In this document: piece after piece, positions 30,778 to 40,538 of the stretch | Position numbering within the stretch: the stretch's first letter is position 1 | Layout: the number at the start of each line of letters is the position of its first letter | From: Bacteroidia bacterium | Lineage (GTDB): Bacteria; Bacteroidota; Bacteroidia; AKYH767-A; OLB10 | Reading direction: 5' to 3' | Assembly: GCA_037045145.1 (NCBI GenBank) | Contig: JBAOIA010000012.1 | Span: 338,587 to 402,586, forward strand | DNA length: 64,000 bases | Notes under the pieces: generated by a model | The model's input: the letters and a program-made list of their open reading frames with translations, nothing else | Database searches by the model: none | Told to the model about the DNA's origin: nothing | Position numbers and translations under genes: made by a program

Positions 30778-30839
30778 TTTACTGAAATCGCTTTTATTAT
30801 AATTTTAGTCAGGAATAATACTGCTGATATCATGTTGCT

Positions 30840-32774
30840 TTGATAAAAAAATATTTTATAATTATTCTTACTGTTTTCGTTGTGGCAGTTGGCGGAGTTA
30901 TCCTACTTAGGGAATCCATCGTGCGTAATAAAATAAACTCCTTCTGTACTTCTTTCCATACTAAAACCCAAGGCAACATCAGTATTGGAAAAATTAAATT
31001 CAATGGACTTAGAGTAATTGAGATTGAAAGCATCAGTTTGGTTTCTCCTATAAATGATACCTTGTTTTATGCAGATACTTTTATGGTGCAGCTTTCCTTG
31101 CTGAAACTTATTCGTCTGAAAAATCCTGTTTCCAATTTTTTAGCGTCTGACATTAATATTAAAATTGCTTCAGGAGATTCAATTAGTAATTATTCCTTCC
31201 TTTTCAGAAAATCCAAACCGGAAGTAACCGAAAAATCACAGGTACAAAGTACTCAAGCTTCAAAAGTATTTACCATTTGGAATAAGATAACAGACCTCTC
31301 TGACTTAAGTTTTAATTTGAAGCGATGTAAAATAACTGTAATCAGAAATAAAGAAACCAGAAACTTTTACTTTCCTGAAATCATAAACCGCAGAGGGAAT
31401 TGTCGCTTTACTGCTTACAGCAACGACCATATACAAACCGAAAAATGGCAGGCAGGCTTTATAATGGATGGTGATAAAAATGAAATGTCCTTAAACATTA
31501 AAAAACTATCCGGTGAAAACTGGCTTCCATTCTTTGATGTTGACAACAAACCAAAAATTTCCTATTCGGCTATTTCTTTACAAATAAAACAAACTTCAAA
31601 AAAGGATACAATATTTCAGGTTAAGACAGAACTGGATAGCCTGAGAGTAAACTATTGGCGCATTGCCAATGATGATGTTGATTTTAGCAAACTTTCGTTT
31701 TCAGGAATTTGCTCATTCAATAATCAGCAGATTGAAACCGATAGTGCTGCAAATATTACAATCAATAAAATAAATTTTAAAACAAAAGCCTCTTACGACA
31801 GAAAACAATCACCCCGATATGCACTTTCATTATCATTTGATGAAAGTGCTGATGACTTCTTTGAATCGCTCCCTAAGGGTATTTTCTACCATTTCAAAAA
31901 TTTTAAAGCAAAAGGAAGATTAAAATTTGATTTGAACTTTGCACTAGACATGGAAGCCCCCGATTCACTGATATTCAATTCAGGCTTAACAGCTAATCAG
32001 TTGGTAATTGAAAAATATGGCGATGAAAATTTTTCTCGAATAAACAACACGTTTTTGTTTGATGCCTATGATGGTGACAGACTTCAGCGAAGCTTTCTCA
32101 TTGGTCCTGAAAACAGTGATTTTACGCCTCTAAATGAAATCAGTCACTATCTGCAATATGCTGTTCTCACCTCTGAAGATCCATCTTTTTTCTACCATCG
32201 TGGCTTTATTCCCGATGCCTTTAAAGAAAGTATGATTGAAAACATTAAGGCAAAAAGGTTTGTTCGTGGTGGCAGCACTATCAGCATGCAATTGGTGAAA
32301 AATGTGTTTCTGTCTCGAGAAAAAACCATTTCGCGTAAGCTTCAGGAGATGCTTATTGTTTGGTTAATAGAAAACAAAGGGCTGGTAAGCAAGGAGCGGA
32401 TGTTTGAAATTTATCTTAATGCAATTGAATGGGGTCCCGGAATTTATGGAATAAAAGAAGCATCACAATTTTATTTCAGTAAGCTTCCTTCGCAACTGAA
32501 TCTTGCAGAGAGTATCTTTCTTGCCTCAATAATCCCCAGACCAAAATATTATCGTTATTCTTTTGATAAAGAAGGCAACTTAAAACCTTATCTTGCCTCC
32601 TACTTCAAAATCGTTAGCAATAGAATGCTTTCTAAAACTTGGATTTCGCCAATAGATACATTCAATCTTCAACCACAGGTAAAACTTAAAGGACCGGCAT
32701 TGAAAATCGTAATGCCTGCTGATAGTTCAATTACTGATTCGTTGCAGTGGAATCAGTCGAATGAATTATTTTAA
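30840..32774 (+). CDS. membrane-anchored protein with a C-terminal GT51 peptidoglycan transglycosylase domain and a ~420-aa N-terminal domain of unknown function
   Basis: TTG start and an N-terminal TM 'IIILTVFVVAVGGVILL'. All five GT51 motifs are present: 'SEDPSFFYHRG', 'GGSTISMQLVKN', 'RKLQEMLIVWLIE', 'KERMFEIYLNAIEWGPGIYGIKEASQFYF' and 'LAESIFLASIIPRPKYY'. Confidence 0.75.
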   Translation: MIKKYFIIILTVFVVAVGGVILLRESIVRNKINSFCTSFHTKTQGNISIGKIKFNGLRVIEIESISLVSPINDTLFYADTFMVQLSLLKLIRLKNPVSNFLASDINIKIASGDSISNYSFLFRKSKPEVTEKSQVQSTQASKVFTIWNKITDLSDLSFNLKRCKITVIRNKETRNFYFPEIINRRGNCRFTAYSNDHIQTEKWQAGFIMDGDKNEMSLNIKKLSGENWLPFFDVDNKPKISYSAISLQIKQTSKKDTIFQVKTELDSLRVNYWRIANDDVDFSKLSFSGICSFNNQQIETDSAANITINKINFKTKASYDRKQSPRYALSLSFDESADDFFESLPKGIFYHFKNFKAKGRLKFDLNFALDMEAPDSLIFNSGLTANQLVIEKYGDENFSRINNTFLFDAYDGDRLQRSFLIGPENSDFTPLNEISHYLQYAVLTSEDPSFFYHRGFIPDAFKESMIENIKAKRFVRGGSTISMQLVKNVFLSREKTISRKLQEMLIVWLIENKGLVSKERMFEIYLNAIEWGPGIYGIKEASQFYFSKLPSQLNLAESIFLASIIPRPKYYRYSFDKEGNLKPYLASYFKIVSNRMLSKTWISPIDTFNLQPQVKLKGPALKIVMPADSSITDSLQWNQSNELF

Positions 32775-32779
32775 ACAGA

Positions 32780-33298
32780 CTAAAGATATTTTGTAATCTC
32801 AGTGCTTGTAGGTGAGACGCTTGAACGAAAGCGATGTATAAGTTTTCCGTTTTCATCAATTAAAAATTTCTCAAAGTTCCATTTAATGCCACCTGTAAAA
32901 TCTGCATTTGGTTGTTCTATAAGCCAACGAAAAAGTGGATGCATATCTCTACCTTTAACAGAAACTTTTGCTGCCATCGGGAAAGTTACATCATAATTTT
33001 TCTTACAGAACTCTGCAATTTCATTATTACTGCCTGGCTCCTGCCACAGAAAATTGTTTGCCGGAAATCCAACAATAACTAATTTTTCTTTATATTGTTC
33101 ATACAGTTTTTCCAAATCGCTGTACTGTGGTGTATATCCACATTTAGAGGCTGTATTTACAATCAATATTTTCTTGCCTTTATATTTTGAAAAGTCAATC
33201 TGTCCTCCGGAAAGGCCATCTACTTTAAACTCATAAATTGAAGTAGCTGTTGAAGCAGGGCCAAAAAGAAATGCGAACATAATAAGTAACAGTTTCAT
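32780..33298 (-). CDS. glutathione peroxidase (Cys-type)
   Basis: 'ILIVNTASKCGYTPQY', 'VGFPANNFLWQEPG' and 'KWNFEKFLIDENGK', with a signal peptide. Confidence 0.9.
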   Translation of the reverse strand: MKLLLIMFAFLFGPASTATSIYEFKVDGLSGGQIDFSKYKGKKILIVNTASKCGYTPQYSDLEKLYEQYKEKLVIVGFPANNFLWQEPGSNNEIAEFCKKNYDVTFPMAAKVSVKGRDMHPLFRWLIEQPNADFTGGIKWNFEKFLIDENGKLIHRFRSSVSPTSTEITKYL

Positions 33299-33343
33299 TG
33301 TTTTGTAATTAACAGATGTAAAACAACTTCTTGTAAAAAAAGT

Positions 33344-34651
33344 TTAACTAAGTGTACCATATAAATCAAACGCCTCGGCAGAAGTAATTTTTATATTGGC
33401 GAAATCACCTACACGTACATAATTTTCATTAGCATCTACTAAAACTTCATTATCAACTTCCGGTGAATCATACTCTGTTCTTCCAACAAAATAGTTCCCT
33501 TCTTTCCTGTCGAAAAGTGTTTTGAAACTTTTTCCGATTTTTTTCTGATTTATGCTGTCAGAAATATTCTGTTGTACCTGCATCAATTCGTCTAATCTGC
33601 GTTGCTTGGTTGTTTCATCAACATCATCATTCAATGTGTAAGCATGCGTGTTTTCCTCATGCGAATAAGTAAAAACTCCCACCCTCTCAAATCGTAATTC
33701 TTCAAGAAAACGTATTAATGTTTCATGATCCTGCTCTGTCTCGCCCGGATAACCCGAAATGAATGTTGTACGAATGGCAATATTTGGAATTTTATTTCGC
33801 ACGGTGTCTAACAACGCCCTTGTTTTATCACTTGTAATTCCCCTGCGCATACTCTTTAACATACTGTCACTGGCATGCTGAAGTGGAATATCTAAATACT
33901 TACAAATTTTATTTTCTCTTTGCATTACATCAAGGACATCAAGTGGAAACCCTGAAGGAAATGCATAATGCAGGCGAATCCACTCAATACCATCAACGGT
34001 GCACAACTGCTCCATCAAACTCGCAAGTTTTCTTTCCTTATAAATGTCCAATCCATAAAATGTAGAATCTTGTGCTATAAGCAGTAATTCTTTTGTGCCT
34101 TTGGCTGCTAAAATTTTTGCTTCCTGCACCAACTCTTCTATTGGTTTTGAAATATGTGCACCGCGCATCAATGGAATGGCACAAAAAGAACAAGGACGGT
34201 CGCAACCCTCTGAAATTTTCATATAGGCAAAATGACGTGGTGTTGTTACCAACCGCTCTCCAATCAACTCATGCTTATAGTCTGCTCCAAGTGTTTTAAG
34301 AAGTAATGGTAAATCACGTGTTCCAAAAATGTTGTCAATTCCTTTAATCTCTTTCTCTAAATCGGGTTTGTATCTTTCGGAAAGGCAACCTGTAACAATC
34401 AACTTTTCGATTTTACCTTTTTCCTTCTCCTTTGCATAATGTAGAATTGTGTCTATTGACTCTTGTTTTGCATTATCAATAAAACCACAGGTATTTATAA
34501 TTACAATTTCTGCTTGTCGTTTCGACTCATGCTCCACTTCTATTTCATTGGCACGTAGCTGCCCCATCAGCACTTCGGAATCAACTACGTTTTTACTGCA
34601 ACCAAGAGTAACAACGTTAACCTTTAACTGTTTGGATGTTTTTGTTCTCAT
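33344..34651 (-). CDS. rimO: ribosomal protein S12 methylthiotransferase
   Basis: MTTase N-domain 'VNVVTLGCSKNVVDSEVLMGQL', radical-SAM 'CDRPCSFCAIP', and a C-terminal TRAM domain. The length and start resemble RimO rather than MiaB. Confidence 0.85.
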   Translation of the reverse strand: MRTKTSKQLKVNVVTLGCSKNVVDSEVLMGQLRANEIEVEHESKRQAEIVIINTCGFIDNAKQESIDTILHYAKEKEKGKIEKLIVTGCLSERYKPDLEKEIKGIDNIFGTRDLPLLLKTLGADYKHELIGERLVTTPRHFAYMKISEGCDRPCSFCAIPLMRGAHISKPIEELVQEAKILAAKGTKELLLIAQDSTFYGLDIYKERKLASLMEQLCTVDGIEWIRLHYAFPSGFPLDVLDVMQRENKICKYLDIPLQHASDSMLKSMRRGITSDKTRALLDTVRNKIPNIAIRTTFISGYPGETEQDHETLIRFLEELRFERVGVFTYSHEENTHAYTLNDDVDETTKQRRLDELMQVQQNISDSINQKKIGKSFKTLFDRKEGNYFVGRTEYDSPEVDNEVLVDANENYVRVGDFANIKITSAEAFDLYGTLS

Positions 34652-34654
34652 GGC

Positions 34655-35158
34655 TTAAAAAGTCTTTTTAAAATCAGATTCCGGATAATTTATTTTTACT
34701 ACATCATCATTTATCAATGTATTGAGAAAATCTATCATCCTTGCATAATTTTTAACGTAGGCATTTGAAGCTTTACTGAAATGCTGTTTCAACCCTATTC
34801 TTATTTCAAGCTCAATTACTCTCGGAAAATGATCGGATGAGATATAACCGAAGTTTGCATAATCATCAAAGTATTCTTTTTGCAATGAGTCAACCGGAAA
34901 ATCTTTTAAAAAGTTTCTGATTGATTTCTTTTGTTTTGATTTCAATTTCTTTGCTAAATAAACTACACGCGATTTACCATAGTCGGAAACACCACTTATT
35001 TTCACACTGTCATCCTTTAACAAATATTCATAAGAGGTAAACTGCAAGTTTCTGTTATCAGAAACCTTTATTCGGAATGATTTGTCTGTACGCTGTGCAA
35101 AACCACTGATACTGAACAGAACAAGTACAACAAGTATTAATTTAAAGCGAAGGTGCAT
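34655..35158 (-). CDS. hypothetical secreted protein
   Basis: Signal peptide 'LILVVLVLFSISGFAQ' and no recognisable motifs. Confidence 0.4.
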   Translation of the reverse strand: MHLRFKLILVVLVLFSISGFAQRTDKSFRIKVSDNRNLQFTSYEYLLKDDSVKISGVSDYGKSRVVYLAKKLKSKQKKSIRNFLKDFPVDSLQKEYFDDYANFGYISSDHFPRVIELEIRIGLKQHFSKASNAYVKNYARMIDFLNTLINDDVVKINYPESDFKKTF

Positions 35159-35356
35159 GAAATAATGATATTGAGTTCTTTATAATGGCGCAAAGTTATC
35201 AATTCTGTACTTGTGCAGCAATGACATGGCTAATAAACATATAAGAGAATGAGATTGGCATAAAATAAAAATAGGATTGAAAAAAACCGATTCCAAAAAA
35301 AATATTTTTTTTTAACCATTTCATATAATTTGGTTCATTACTTTTAGCATTCAATT

Positions 35357-36133
35357 TTGAGAACCTTTACCAGTATGTCTTTCCGAAATATTTTACTTGC
35401 TATTGCGATTATATTTTCATCATGCAAACAAAGTGCACACTTAGTAAAAACAGAAACCACCACCTACCCTCTTAATAAACCCGGCTACACCCAAGTTGAT
35501 TCCTCAATCTTAAATTCGTATTCATCCTATAAGCACACCATTGATTCCATTATGGATCGTGTAATTATTGTTAGTGAAATGAGCATGCAGAAAAAGACTC
35601 CAGAAGGTTTACTTGGAAATTTCACTGCAGATGCAGCATTAAAACAAGTGGAAAACGATTTCCATGATAATAGCTTTTCTAAAATTGATTTCTGTTTTCT
35701 GAACAATGGCGGTTTGCGAGCAGCACTGCCCAAAGGCGATATTACCATAGGTAATATATACTCGTTGATGCCATTTGAAAACGAAATGGTATTGCTGGTA
35801 TTGAATGGAGAAACAACCTCAAAACTTATCAATTTTATTGCGGCTAAAGGGGGTATGCCCGTGTCCGGATTAACAATGCGCATTCATGATTCAAACGTAA
35901 CAGAAGCTAAAATTCAAGGTATGCCATTCGACAGTTCTAAAAGTTATGTTGTGGCAACATCTGATTATCTTGCCAATGGTGGTGACAATTTATCTTTTTT
36001 ATCAGATGCAGAAAAAAAAATATCTACAGGAATGAAACTTCGTGACCTACTCATTAAATACCTGGAAGAAAAAAATAAAAAAGGAGAAAAATTATCTGCT
36101 AAAATTGAAGGGAGGATTATTTATGACAAATAG
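35357..36133 (+). CDS. 5'-nucleotidase C-terminal (substrate-binding) domain protein
   Basis: 'LGNFTADAALKQ', 'NNGGLRAALPKGDITIGNIYSLMPFENEMV' and 'SDYLANGGDNLSFL'. Confidence 0.8.
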   Translation: MRTFTSMSFRNILLAIAIIFSSCKQSAHLVKTETTTYPLNKPGYTQVDSSILNSYSSYKHTIDSIMDRVIIVSEMSMQKKTPEGLLGNFTADAALKQVENDFHDNSFSKIDFCFLNNGGLRAALPKGDITIGNIYSLMPFENEMVLLVLNGETTSKLINFIAAKGGMPVSGLTMRIHDSNVTEAKIQGMPFDSSKSYVVATSDYLANGGDNLSFLSDAEKKISTGMKLRDLLIKYLEEKNKKGEKLSAKIEGRIIYDK

Positions 36134-37058
36134 AAGAGATTTTATAAGAACATTTGCTGTGGGCGTTGCAGGACTCAATCTCACGGGATTACCATTTCAG
36201 GCATTGGCAAAAAGAAGGGTTACAAAAATAACCATACTCCATACCAACGATGTTCACAGCCACATAGATCCATTTCCGGCCAACGACCCAAAATATCCTG
36301 GTCTTGGCGGGGTAGCACAACGTGCTGCTATTATTAATGATATCAGAAATAAAGAACGTAATGTTTTACTTCTTGATGCAGGTGATATTTTTCAGGGTAC
36401 ACCTTACTTTAATTTATTTGGTGGCGAAGTAGAACTAAAATTGATGTCGCAACTTGGATATGATGCCGGCACTATTGGAAATCACGACTTTGACAATGGT
36501 GTTGATGGACTGTCAAGTCAATTGAAACATGCAAACTTCCCTCTAATAGTTTGCAATTACGATTTCAAAGGAACATCTATGGCGGGTAAAACCATTCCTT
36601 ATAAAATATTTGAAAAAGAAGATGTACGAATTGGAGTATTCGGCCTCGGAATTGAACTGGAAGGGTTGGTTGACAAGAAAATGTATGGAGAAACAAAATA
36701 TCTTGACCCCTTGGAGAAAGCCGCAGAAACTGCACATCATTTAAAATTCAATGAGAAGTGCGATTTAATTATTTGCCTCTCACACTTAGGCTATAGATAC
36801 CCAAATAAAAAGGTAAGTGATGATGTTTTGGCAAAGAAATCGCTCAATATAGATTTAATAATCGGTGGTCATACGCATACATTCATTGACAAACCATTCG
36901 TATATAAAAATCGTGACAATAAAGATGTTTTGGTGGCTCAGGTCGGTTGGGCAGGAATAAAATTAGGCAGAATTGATTTTTTTGTTGATAAAAAAATGCG
37001 TACATTGACAGCCGATAGCACTACGTTAAAAGTTTTGAATTATGCAAGAGCAATTTAA
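36123..37058 (+). CDS. metallophosphoesterase (5'-nucleotidase N-terminal catalytic domain) with a Tat signal
   Basis: The start is re-assigned to the internal ATG giving 'MTNRRDFIRTFAVGVAGL' (a twin-arginine motif). Calcineurin-like motifs 'ILHTNDVHSH', 'LDAGDIFQG' and 'GNHDFDNG'. It overlaps the upstream stop by about 11 nt. Confidence 0.8.
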   Translation: MTNRRDFIRTFAVGVAGLNLTGLPFQALAKRRVTKITILHTNDVHSHIDPFPANDPKYPGLGGVAQRAAIINDIRNKERNVLLLDAGDIFQGTPYFNLFGGEVELKLMSQLGYDAGTIGNHDFDNGVDGLSSQLKHANFPLIVCNYDFKGTSMAGKTIPYKIFEKEDVRIGVFGLGIELEGLVDKKMYGETKYLDPLEKAAETAHHLKFNEKCDLIICLSHLGYRYPNKKVSDDVLAKKSLNIDLIIGGHTHTFIDKPFVYKNRDNKDVLVAQVGWAGIKLGRIDFFVDKKMRTLTADSTTLKVLNYARAI

Positions 37059-37220
37059 TTTTTTTTTCAAAAATATTCACAGCATATTTGCACCTCGATT
37101 AAAAAACGAGAACCACCAAAAAATAATTTTTGAATTTTATCTTACAATTGAAAATTTACTTCTATCTTTAAAAACCAAATTTTACCTCAAACCAATACTT
37201 AACTTTTAAAATTACAATTA

Positions 37221-38669
37221 GTGTTGAAACAGACAGAGAAAAATGTTGAAAAAGTGTGGGAAAATTGCTTGAAGCTTATACGCGACAATGTAAGTCCACA
37301 AAATTTTAAAACATGGTTTGAACCTATCAAGCCGGTAAAACTAGAAAAGCACGTACTTACTATTGAAGTACCCAGCCAGTTTGTCTATGAATGGCTCGAA
37401 GAGCATTTTATACAACTGTTGCGCAAAAGCATTAAAAAAGAATTAGGTGCTGAAGGCCGTTTGGAATACTCTATCCTGATGGAGAATAACATGAACAGCT
37501 CAAAACCTTATGCAGTGAAAATTCCTGCAAAAGGTACAGGCAACCTAAAAAATCCTCAGGTAGCAATGCCGGTTAGTTTAAATACAACCATAAAAAATCC
37601 ATTCATTGTTCCTGGACTAAAAAAGATTGATGTTGACTCACAACTGAATCCTAATTATTCTTTTGACAATTTTATTGAAGGAGATTGTAACCGTCTTGCA
37701 CGCTCTGCAGGTTATGCTGTTGCCAACAAACCCGGTGGAACTTCTTTTAATCCATTATTATTATATGGTGGAACAGGATTAGGAAAAACACATCTTGCTC
37801 ATGCCATAGGCATTGAAATAAAAAATAATTTCCAGAATAAGACTGTACTTTATGTTCCTGCCGACAGGTTCATGAATCAGTTTGTTGATGCAGTAAAAAA
37901 CAATTCACCAAACGACTTTGTACATTTTTATCAAATGATGGATGTTTTAATAATTGACGATATTCATTTTCTTGCTGGTAAAGAAAGAACACAGGATGTC
38001 TTCTTCCATATCTTTAATCACCTCCATCAGAATAATAAACAGATAATTCTAACCTCTGATAAAGCACCGGTTGATTTACAAGGTATTGAACAACGTTTAT
38101 TATCTCGCTTTAAATGGGGGTTGTCTGCCGACCTGCAGTCGCCAGATTTAGAAACACGCATTGCCATCCTGAAAAGGAAAATGTATAATGACGGCATTGA
38201 ATTACCTACTGAAATTGTTGAATATATTGCTTATAGTATTACAACAAACATCAGAGAGCTTGAAGGTGCACTCATTTCTATCATTGCACAGACTTCATTA
38301 AATAAAAAACCTATCACTCTTGAACTTGCCAAGCAAATGATTGACAAGTTTGTGAAAAATACTGTACATGAAATTTCTATTGACTATATTCAAAAAATAG
38401 TATGTGATTATTTTGAATTGCCTTTAGAAACTTTAAAATCAAAAACACGCAAGCGTGAAGTGGTTCAGGCACGTCAGTTGGCAATGTATTTTTCTAAGAG
38501 CCTCACAAAATCATCTCTTTCAGCAATTGGTGCACATTGTGGAGGCAAAGACCATGCAACTGTTTTACATGCATGCCGTACAGTCAACAACCTGATGGAG
38601 ACTGATAAAAAATTCAAAGGCTATATTAGCGATCTGCAAAAGCGAATAAATCTTAATCACAAAAATTAA
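37221..38669 (+). CDS. dnaA: chromosomal replication initiator protein DnaA
   Basis: GTG/TTG start. N-terminal 'VWENCLKLIRDNVSPQNFKTWFEPI', AAA+ Walker A 'LLLYGGTGLGKTHLAHAIG', 'VLIIDDIHFLAGKERTQDVFFHIFN', and the C-terminal DNA-binding 'KREVVQARQLAMYFSK'. Confidence 0.95.
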   Translation: MLKQTEKNVEKVWENCLKLIRDNVSPQNFKTWFEPIKPVKLEKHVLTIEVPSQFVYEWLEEHFIQLLRKSIKKELGAEGRLEYSILMENNMNSSKPYAVKIPAKGTGNLKNPQVAMPVSLNTTIKNPFIVPGLKKIDVDSQLNPNYSFDNFIEGDCNRLARSAGYAVANKPGGTSFNPLLLYGGTGLGKTHLAHAIGIEIKNNFQNKTVLYVPADRFMNQFVDAVKNNSPNDFVHFYQMMDVLIIDDIHFLAGKERTQDVFFHIFNHLHQNNKQIILTSDKAPVDLQGIEQRLLSRFKWGLSADLQSPDLETRIAILKRKMYNDGIELPTEIVEYIAYSITTNIRELEGALISIIAQTSLNKKPITLELAKQMIDKFVKNTVHEISIDYIQKIVCDYFELPLETLKSKTRKREVVQARQLAMYFSKSLTKSSLSAIGAHCGGKDHATVLHACRTVNNLMETDKKFKGYISDLQKRINLNHKN

Positions 38670-38670
38670 G

Positions 38671-39144
38671 GTGAAAATTTTGATGGTTTGCCTCGGCAAC
38701 ATCTGCCGTTCTCCAATTGCCGAGGGCATAATGCAAAATAAACTCAATCAGGCAGGTATTGCTGCCCAAGTTGATTCGGCCGGTTTGATAAACTATCACA
38801 CCGGTGAGTTACCTGATAAACGTTCAATAGCTGTTGCCGCCAAATATGGAATTGACATTTCAGTGCAAAGGGCTCGTAGTTTTACCAAAGATGATATCAA
38901 AAATTTTGACTACATCTTTGCAATGGATAACAATAATTACGAAAACCTGTTGGAATATGCCAATGATGCAACTGAGGCAAAACGTATTCATCTTTTATTA
39001 GATTATGCAGGACTGGGCAAAAAAACTGTTCCCGATCCCTACTATGGCGATCAAAGTGATTTTGAGCATGTATTTAGCTTACTTGACGATGCTTGTCAAC
39101 GCATTTTGAAAAAGTTTGCTTATGCTCAATCCGCACTTGTCTGA
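38671..39144 (+). CDS. low-molecular-weight protein-tyrosine phosphatase
   Basis: P-loop 'ILMVCLGNICRSPIAEGI' and 'DPYYGDQSDFEHV' containing the catalytic Asp. Confidence 0.85.
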   Translation: MKILMVCLGNICRSPIAEGIMQNKLNQAGIAAQVDSAGLINYHTGELPDKRSIAVAAKYGIDISVQRARSFTKDDIKNFDYIFAMDNNNYENLLEYANDATEAKRIHLLLDYAGLGKKTVPDPYYGDQSDFEHVFSLLDDACQRILKKFAYAQSALV

Positions 39145-39856
39145 CAAAAAAACAAAAGGAATTTTATACCTTATTCCTACTGCTATTGGTAGCATTCAGG
39201 CAATAGATTATCTGCCTCAAACTGTTATTGAAATTATTCATTCATTGGATGAGTTTATTGTCGAGAATTCAAAATCAGCCCGACAGTTTCTTAAACATTG
39301 CAACATCCCTACACCACAACAGCAACTCATCATTCATGAACTCAACAAGCATGACGGCAACGTTTTTGAAACATCATTTTTCAGTAACCTGCTTTCAGGA
39401 AAAAACGTTGGTATGCTGAGCGATGCAGGCTGTCCTGCTGTTGCCGATCCTGGTGCATTAATTGTAGCCGAAGCACATAAATTGCAAATAAAGGTAGTGC
39501 CACTTTCAGGCCCATCATCTATACTTTTAGCACTAATGGCTTCTGGACTCAATGGGCAGCAGTTTGCTTTTAATGGCTATCTGCCAAAAGAAAAAACAGA
39601 ACGTAATAATGCAATAAAAAAAGCAGAGAAAGAATCTGCACAACGCAATCAAACACAAATATTTATTGAAACACCCTATCGCAATAATGCTTTGTTTGAT
39701 GATTTTCTGAATAACCTGCAACCATCAACCCGTCTTTGCATAGCTTCTGCATTGCAGTGTGAAAATGAAAAAATTAAGACACAAAGAATTTCTGAATGGA
39801 AAAAACAACAACCGGAGTTGAACAAACACCCTGTTGTTTGGCTATTTTTGGCTTAA
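39116..39856 (+). CDS. tetrapyrrole-methylase-fold SAM-dependent methyltransferase (RsmI-like)
   Basis: 'KGILYLIPTAIGS' and 'GMLSDAGCPAVADPGALIVAEAHKLQIKVVPLSGPSSILLAL'. The start may be downstream of the 29-nt overlap with the previous gene. Confidence 0.7.
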   Translation: MLMLNPHLSDKKTKGILYLIPTAIGSIQAIDYLPQTVIEIIHSLDEFIVENSKSARQFLKHCNIPTPQQQLIIHELNKHDGNVFETSFFSNLLSGKNVGMLSDAGCPAVADPGALIVAEAHKLQIKVVPLSGPSSILLALMASGLNGQQFAFNGYLPKEKTERNNAIKKAEKESAQRNQTQIFIETPYRNNALFDDFLNNLQPSTRLCIASALQCENEKIKTQRISEWKKQQPELNKHPVVWLFLA

Positions 39857-39866
39857 TATTTATTAA

Positions 39867-40538
39867 ATGGTAGCACTCCTGAATTTTCTACTCATTACTA
39901 TAATCTCATGCTTTGTGCTATCCTTGATTTTACTCATGGTAAGCCCACGCATTCCTGTACTTTTTAGCTATATTGCCATTGCCTTGCACATAACTTCAAT
40001 TGCTCTGTATTTGATTTATAGAAACGCTGTACACGAAGAAAGAGTAGTCATGCTTTTTGCTGCTATTATATGTAGTGGCATTATTCCATTTACACTCATT
40101 GTCAGACGAAAATTTCCCCTTATTTTAAAAATATATTTCGGTGTTTTTATGCTGAGTTTGCCTTTGTTTATAATAGCGCCATCTAAAATGCTTACTATTC
40201 TGAGTATGGGTTACCTGAACACAGAAAATGCACATGAGATGCTTCTAAACAAGAACTACTACCTCTTGAAAGAACAAGGCTTAATCAAACAAAACAACAA
40301 TGAAGCTACCTTTAAGGTTGTAAAGAGAATAGGTATCTTTAACAAAACCCTTGCACGAAATATTTTTATTGGTTTTATGCCAGATTCTGCAAAAATTTTA
40401 TTTTTAGACGAAAAATCGGAAATTCGCCTCCGTACATACAAGCATAGTAAAACAGAAATTGATAGCTTAGATATTACAACAAAAACTATATCATCACGCG
40501 ACACCATTTTGAAAATCATAAAAACACAACATAAATGA
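39867..40538 (+). CDS. hypothetical membrane protein (about 4 TM helices plus a C-terminal soluble domain)
   Basis: Hydrophobic N-terminal half and no motifs. There is a 4-nt overlap with the downstream gene. Confidence 0.4.
   Translation: MVALLNFLLITIISCFVLSLILLMVSPRIPVLFSYIAIALHITSIALYLIYRNAVHEERVVMLFAAIICSGIIPFTLIVRRKFPLILKIYFGVFMLSLPLFIIAPSKMLTILSMGYLNTENAHEMLLNKNYYLLKEQGLIKQNNNEATFKVVKRIGIFNKTLARNIFIGFMPDSAKILFLDEKSEIRLRTYKHSKTEIDSLDITTKTISSRDTILKIIKTQHK

Noticed and set aside
29932-30839. Searched the flanks of the Cas6-like gene for a CRISPR array (regular 25-40 bp direct repeats).
   Set aside because: Both intergenic regions are short (111 and 62 bp), AT-rich and non-repetitive. No array-like periodicity was seen anywhere in the window.
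32780-33298. Possibility that the glutathione peroxidase is a selenoprotein (in-frame TGA).
   Set aside because: The active-site residue is encoded by a Cys codon ('ASKCGYT') and the ORF is uninterrupted. No SECIS-like context is needed.
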